Part shown: positions 37,008 to 39,663 of the stretch, in pieces
Layout of the letters: the number at the start of each line of letters is the position of its first letter
Numbering within the stretch: position 1 is the stretch's first letter
DNA from: a virus
Length of the DNA: 39,663 bases
Direction: 5' to 3' (one strand)
UHGV virus genome: UHGV-1361890
Position numbers and translations under genes: made by a program
The notes under the pieces: model-generated
What the model was told of the DNA's origin: nothing
Databases searched by the model: none
The model's input: the letters and a program-made list of their open reading frames with translations, nothing else

Positions 37008-37066
37008 AGTATAGTAAAATATTTATAGATAGTGTAAAATAATAACACACTTATTAAATTTCTCTT

Positions 37067-37089
37067 GAGTCGCCTTTCTAAGGTGGCTC
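37067..37089 (+). promoter_or_regulatory. Hairpin GAGTCGCC-N7-GGTGGCTC plus a U-run immediately 5' of the tRNA; a similar arrangement precedes the second tRNA-like copy
   Basis: 8-bp stem with two G.U pairs. The junction ...TTTTCCGTACC is repeated as ...TTTGTTCCGTACC at 38765. Confidence 0.3.
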
Positions 37090-37095
37090 TTTTCC

Positions 37096-37169
37096 GTACC
37101 CTTAGCTCAGTTGGTTAGAGCAGACGGCTCATAACCGTCCGGTCGTAGGTTCGAGTCCTACAGGGTACA
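37096..37169 (+). tRNA. tRNA with anticodon CAT (Met elongator or lysidine-Ile2; not the initiator because pair 1:72 is G:C)
   Basis: I folded the cloverleaf by hand. Acceptor GTACCCT/AGGGTAC. D arm GCTC-AGTTGGTTA-GAGC. Anticodon arm GACGG-CTCATAA-CCGTC. T arm GTAGG-TTCGAGT-CCTAC. Discriminator A. 74 nt, with no encoded CCA. Confidence 0.8.
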
Positions 37170-37177
37170 TAGAAGAG

Positions 37178-37210
37178 CCCCCTTACTCTTCTGAGTAGGG
37201 GGTATTTTTT
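37178..37210 (+). terminator. Rho-independent terminator after the tRNA
   Basis: Stem CCCCCTTACTC/GAGTAGGGGG with a one-base bulge and loop TTCT, followed by TATTTTTTATT. It overlaps the last codons of the convergent minus-strand ORF. Confidence 0.6.
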
Positions 37211-37485
37211 ATTCTGGTATACAGTGTTTTTATAGATTCAGCTACAACGGGATATTCTAGCTCGTCTAATTCATCTAAAGAAAAGTAATTTATTAAGCCC
37301 ATAACCTTAGCACCTAAAATTGAAGATTCATCTAAGTCTACAATTAGATAAATATGATCTGTACATTGAATATAGTCAACATTTCCATATGATTTATTGT
37401 AAAATGTAAGATAATCATACCCAATATTATACTCTACTGAAAGAGATGCATCAGCGAGAAAATCTTTATAAAGAATTTTGTACAT
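37183..37485 (-). CDS. Unknown-function protein C (100 aa), third gene of the three-gene operon
   Basis: RBS GGGAGGTG 6 nt before the ATG. The start lies 20 nt inside the end of gene B, which indicates translational coupling. Confidence 0.55.
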   Translation of the reverse strand: MYKILYKDFLADASLSVEYNIGYDYLTFYNKSYGNVDYIQCTDHIYLIVDLDESSILGAKVMGLINYFSLDELDELEYPVVAESIKTLYTRIKNTPYSEE

Positions 37486-38023
37486 AATGCACCTCCCTAC
37501 TCATGAAATCTTCACTCATCTTACTTTGTACGAAGCATGTAACCATCTCTTGATAATTCCAAGTTGATCTGTCTTTAATATCAATAGAAATTTCAGGATT
37601 ATTTACTTCTGTAACTATTTTAACATGTTTCATTTTAAATTGCCCATTATTTTTTATCATCGCACTTCCTAAATAATTAAGACGGACATTACTATCTGAA
37701 AAATCCTTGTCTTCAACTATCAGAGTGGGAGTAGCTATAACACTTACTATCTGACCAAAATTAAATTCATCATTATAAAAAATTCTATCTGGATGGTCTT
37801 TAATTACATGTTCGTTCCACGTACTTTCTTTCAAAACTACTCTATGTCCCAAAGGGTTTATAGTTTCAAATTTAAAATGATCAATAGCTGGCTTATTATT
37901 AAAATTGATGTTCACAGTTTCGATTGTAGGTGGAGAGGCAACTACTATCTTTGGAGCGATGAGTGAAGTAGTATCAGTAGTTTCTATAATATCTTCAATA
38001 TCTTCTTTTCTACAGTCAGTCAT
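37466..38023 (-). CDS. Unknown-function protein B (about 185 aa), middle gene; possible PD-(D/E)xK-like nuclease
   Basis: ATG at 38023 with an RBS AGGTGA. The ORF track starts at the GTG at 38032. The motif ...KESTWNEHVIKDHPDRIFY...(27 aa)...TLIVEDKDF has a PD ... hydrophobic-strand-EDK spacing. Confidence 0.55.
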   Translation of the reverse strand: MTDCRKEDIEDIIETTDTTSLIAPKIVVASPPTIETVNINFNNKPAIDHFKFETINPLGHRVVLKESTWNEHVIKDHPDRIFYNDEFNFGQIVSVIATPTLIVEDKDFSDSNVRLNYLGSAMIKNNGQFKMKHVKIVTEVNNPEISIDIKDRSTWNYQEMVTCFVQSKMSEDFMSREVHYVQNSL

Positions 38024-38032
38024 TGTAATCAC

Positions 38033-38443
38033 CTATTCAATTGCTTTTGCTTTAGAAAAGAATAATGGAGATGAACAAATTTCGATATCATCTACATATA
38101 AAAATAAATCGAATCTTCCAAGGTGGTCAATTTGAATAGAGCCTAATCCAATGTTAGCATTCATTGAAAAAATGGTATTAGGATCATCCAGATTATTATG
38201 ACTTGAGAATTGAGCAGGGATAGTTTCATTTATTATGGTTCTATTTACTGTGTTACTTTTTAAAACCAAAGACAAAGAATGATTTTTTTCAGGATCAATC
38301 CCAGAGACATTAAATAGCAATGCTAAATTATGAAAAGTAGGAGTGCTTAACACAGAGAAGCTATTTGTTGGATTAGTTATAAAATATCCATTTCCTTGAG
38401 GATCTGGGGTAACGTTTTGTGCTATAATCATATTGCCGTACAT
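38033..38443 (-). CDS. Unknown-function protein A (136 aa), first gene of the operon
   Basis: ATG preceded by AAAAAGGAGTTTTAAT. Its stop abuts the start of gene B. Rich in N/S/T, probably all-beta. Confidence 0.55.
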   Translation of the reverse strand: MYGNMIIAQNVTPDPQGNGYFITNPTNSFSVLSTPTFHNLALLFNVSGIDPEKNHSLSLVLKSNTVNRTIINETIPAQFSSHNNLDDPNTIFSMNANIGLGSIQIDHLGRFDLFLYVDDIEICSSPLFFSKAKAIE

Positions 38444-38471
38444 ATTAAAACTCCTTTTTAAATTTTACTTT

Positions 38472-38501
38472 ATTATACTTAGTAAATGAAAAGTAACGCA
38501 A
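38472..38501 (-). promoter_or_regulatory. Sigma-70-type promoter for the three-gene operon (minus strand: TTGCGT-18 nt-TATAAT)
   Basis: Reverse complement of plus 38472-38477 (ATTATA) and 38496-38501 (ACGCAA). The inferred +1 lies about 25 nt upstream of the RBS of gene A. Confidence 0.45.
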
Positions 38502-38748
38502 GAGGAACTAATGTTTGTATAAATAAAATGGATTAACAATTTTATGATATAAAGGGAGCTTCGTGATATGATTGGAGTATAGTTGTCCTTTCAGTGCTTC
38601 AAACTCAATCATAACTTTAGTTTGCCTTTTTTCGAACATACATAAGCGAAACACATTATTTTAAAAAAAATGATATGGCACAATCTTAACTGATAATTTA
38701 AGATGAATGTAGTCAGAGTTTTTTGGTTTAATCTTCCTTCAAAGGAGC

Positions 38749-38764
38749 CCACTCTTCGGAGTGG
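38749..38764 (+). promoter_or_regulatory. Perfect hairpin CCACTC-TTCG-GAGTGG immediately upstream of the tRNA-like element
   Basis: 6-bp GC-rich stem with a UUCG tetraloop, followed by TTTGTTCC. Confidence 0.3.
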
Positions 38765-38772
38765 TTTGTTCC

Positions 38773-38846
38773 GTACCTTTAGCTCAGTTGGTTAGAGCCA
38801 ATCGCTCATAACGGTTAGGCCACAGGTTCGAGTCCTGTATGGTCCA
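38773..38846 (+). tRNA. Degenerate tRNA-like copy (CAT anticodon) with two acceptor-stem mismatches; a likely pseudo-tRNA or diverged duplicate of the tRNA at 37096
   Basis: The D arm, anticodon arm (AATCG-CTCATAA-CGGTT, one G.U pair) and T arm (ACAGG-TTCGAGT-CCTGT) all fold. The acceptor GTACCTT/ATGGTCC has T2:C71 and T6:T67 mismatches. Confidence 0.4.
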
Positions 38847-38853
38847 TAGTTAA

Positions 38854-38894
38854 ACACCTACCTCTTTTTCTTATGAGAGATAGGTGTTTTTTTG
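38854..38894 (+). terminator. Rho-independent terminator after the tRNA-like copy
   Basis: 12-bp stem ACACCTACCTCT/AGAGATAGGTGT with one mismatch and a 10-nt loop, followed by TTTTTTTG. Confidence 0.55.
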
Positions 38895-38913
38895 TTATGT
38901 TAATATTTTTTTG

Positions 38914-38942
38914 TTGAAAAATAGAACAAACGTTCGTATAAT
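38914..38942 (+). promoter_or_regulatory. Near-consensus sigma-70 promoter TTGAAA-17 nt-TATAAT
   Basis: -35 at 38914-38919 and -10 at 38937-38942. RBS AGGAGAG at 38952-38958 upstream of the ATG at 38967. Confidence 0.55.
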
Positions 38943-38966
38943 GTTTCTGATAGGAGAGTGTATCAG

Positions 38967-39452
38967 ATGGTGAGACGAACTAAAAAAGAGTTTAAACCTT
39001 ACAATGATTATGTTGACCGTCCTTTTGAATTAAAGTGGCCAACGGCGTTTCCGTTGGGCGAATTGACTGAAGCAATAAAGAGTACTGATGAATATCATGC
39101 TCGCAATATTGATAGACTGCCGCAGCAATCACAGCGACAAATAGAATATTTTTTAGATCGCTCTATTAAGCAAAATAAAGTTTTAGAAATCCAATTAAAT
39201 TCTTTAGATGAATATGAACGAGTTAAGCCCCACGTTTTCGGTGTATTTCGTGGAATGGCAGAATTTGATGTTGTATTGATTGGAGAAAACGAGGTCGATT
39301 TTTATGATATTAGAAACATTCAGATTCATAACTTCACGAAATGGAGCGAAGAGCATATACCTGAAGAAAATCCATTTGAAGAAGAAACAGAACGTTGCGA
39401 AACTATAGATGAATTTGTGGACGAATATTTCGATGATGAGTGGATAGAATAA
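38967..39452 (+). CDS. Stand-alone hypothetical protein with a highly acidic C-terminus (about 161 aa)
   Basis: It has its own consensus promoter and a strong terminator. The C-terminus is EENPFEEETERCETIDEFVDEYFDDEWIE. The ORF track starts at the GTG at 38958. Confidence 0.55.
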   Translation: MVRRTKKEFKPYNDYVDRPFELKWPTAFPLGELTEAIKSTDEYHARNIDRLPQQSQRQIEYFLDRSIKQNKVLEIQLNSLDEYERVKPHVFGVFRGMAEFDVVLIGENEVDFYDIRNIQIHNFTKWSEEHIPEENPFEEETERCETIDEFVDEYFDDEWIE

Positions 39453-39462
39453 TTAAAAACGT

Positions 39463-39503
39463 AAAAGCTCTACTTCTCAATCATGGTGAGTAGAGCTTTT
39501 TTG
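39463..39503 (+). terminator. Rho-independent terminator
   Basis: Perfect stem AAAAGCTCTACT/AGTAGAGCTTTT with a 14-nt loop, followed by TTTTG. Confidence 0.65.
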
Positions 39504-39525
39504 TTTATTCGGTATAATTTATATA

Positions 39526-39539
39526 TCTATTCGCTTGCC
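39526..39539. promoter_or_regulatory. GC-rich motif, copy 3 of 3 (TCTATTCGCTTGCC, the reverse complement of GGCAAGCGAATAGA)
   Basis: An exact 14-mer reverse-complement match to 1325-1338. It lies 12 bp from the putative attR core. Confidence 0.4.
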
Positions 39540-39551
39540 TTTTTTATTTTT

Positions 39552-39564
39552 TTGATGTAGATTT
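39552..39564. repeat. Putative attR core, 13-bp exact direct repeat TTGATGTAGATTT
   Basis: Identical to 105-117 in the same orientation. The flanking bases differ (A/G on the left copy, T/T on the right copy). Confidence 0.4.
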
Positions 39565-39663
39565 TATCTTGTTGTTATAGTCTATTTTGCTAATTTGAAT
39601 TAAAATGATATTACGCAAACCCTTGTGAGTTCTAGTCTGTCTAAATATGGTGTTGCAGAAAAA

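Larger units (their letters stand above)
105..39564. mobile_element. Temperate siphovirus-like prophage of about 39.5 kb, with boundaries inferred from the 13-bp direct repeats
   Basis: Complete modular order from integrase through lysogeny switch, replication, packaging, head, tail and lysis. The same 13-bp repeat is present at both ends. Confidence 0.6.

Noticed and set aside
38568-38760. Possible small ORFs or an sRNA in the 317-bp spacer upstream of the three-gene operon
   Set aside because: The only frames found are 4-8 codons long on either strand. An sRNA cannot be supported from sequence alone.
1-39663. CRISPR arrays, rRNA genes, IS elements
   Set aside because: There are no regularly spaced direct repeats of 25-40 bp, no rRNA-like conserved blocks, and no transposase-like ORFs or terminal inverted repeats anywhere in the window.

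Overview
The window is almost entirely one temperate siphovirus-type prophage from a low-GC Firmicute. Its gene repertoire (Rha, ArpU, YopX, XkdX, Phage_rep_org_N, ERF) resembles Enterococcus and Listeria phages.

Gene order, left to right:
- Lysogeny module on the minus strand: tyrosine integrase, a membrane protein, an ImmA/IrrE metalloprotease and an XRE repressor.
- A divergent operator region, followed by the plus-strand early genes.
- Early genes: Cro-like and Xis-like HTH proteins, a Rha antirepressor, an ERF annealing protein, a DUF1351-like protein, a replisome organiser, MazG, SSB, a small DNA methyltransferase, YopX, and many small unknown ORFs including two tandem paralogues.
- An ArpU-like late regulator.
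- An AT-rich membrane/coiled-coil moron that has its own terminator.
- Packaging and head genes: TerS, TerL, SPP1-type portal, a MuF (gp7) head protein with a C-terminal HExxH extension plus a small downstream ORF, scaffold and major capsid protein.
- Connector and tail genes: connector proteins, a major tail protein with a Big_2 domain, the G/GT tail chaperone with an A-run -1 frameshift, tape measure, Dit, and a Tal carrying lysozyme-like and CHAP domains.
- Small tail-fibre proteins, XkdX, holin and an Amidase_2 endolysin.

Downstream of the lysin lies an accessory region. It holds a well-folded tRNA with a CAT anticodon, a tightly coupled three-gene minus-strand operon of unknown function, a degenerate second copy of the same tRNA, and a stand-alone acidic-tailed ORF.

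A 13-bp exact direct repeat, TTGATGTAGATTT, sits 7 bp past the integrase stop (105-117) and again at 39552-39564. These are proposed as the attL and attR cores, which would place the tRNAs and the accessory cassette inside the prophage.

The most interesting candidates for new biology are:
- the three-gene operon between the tRNA copies;
- the MuF-HExxH fusion with its putative immunity gene;
- the AT-rich moron between ArpU and TerS;
- a GC-rich near-palindromic motif present in three copies at the int, xis and attR boundaries.
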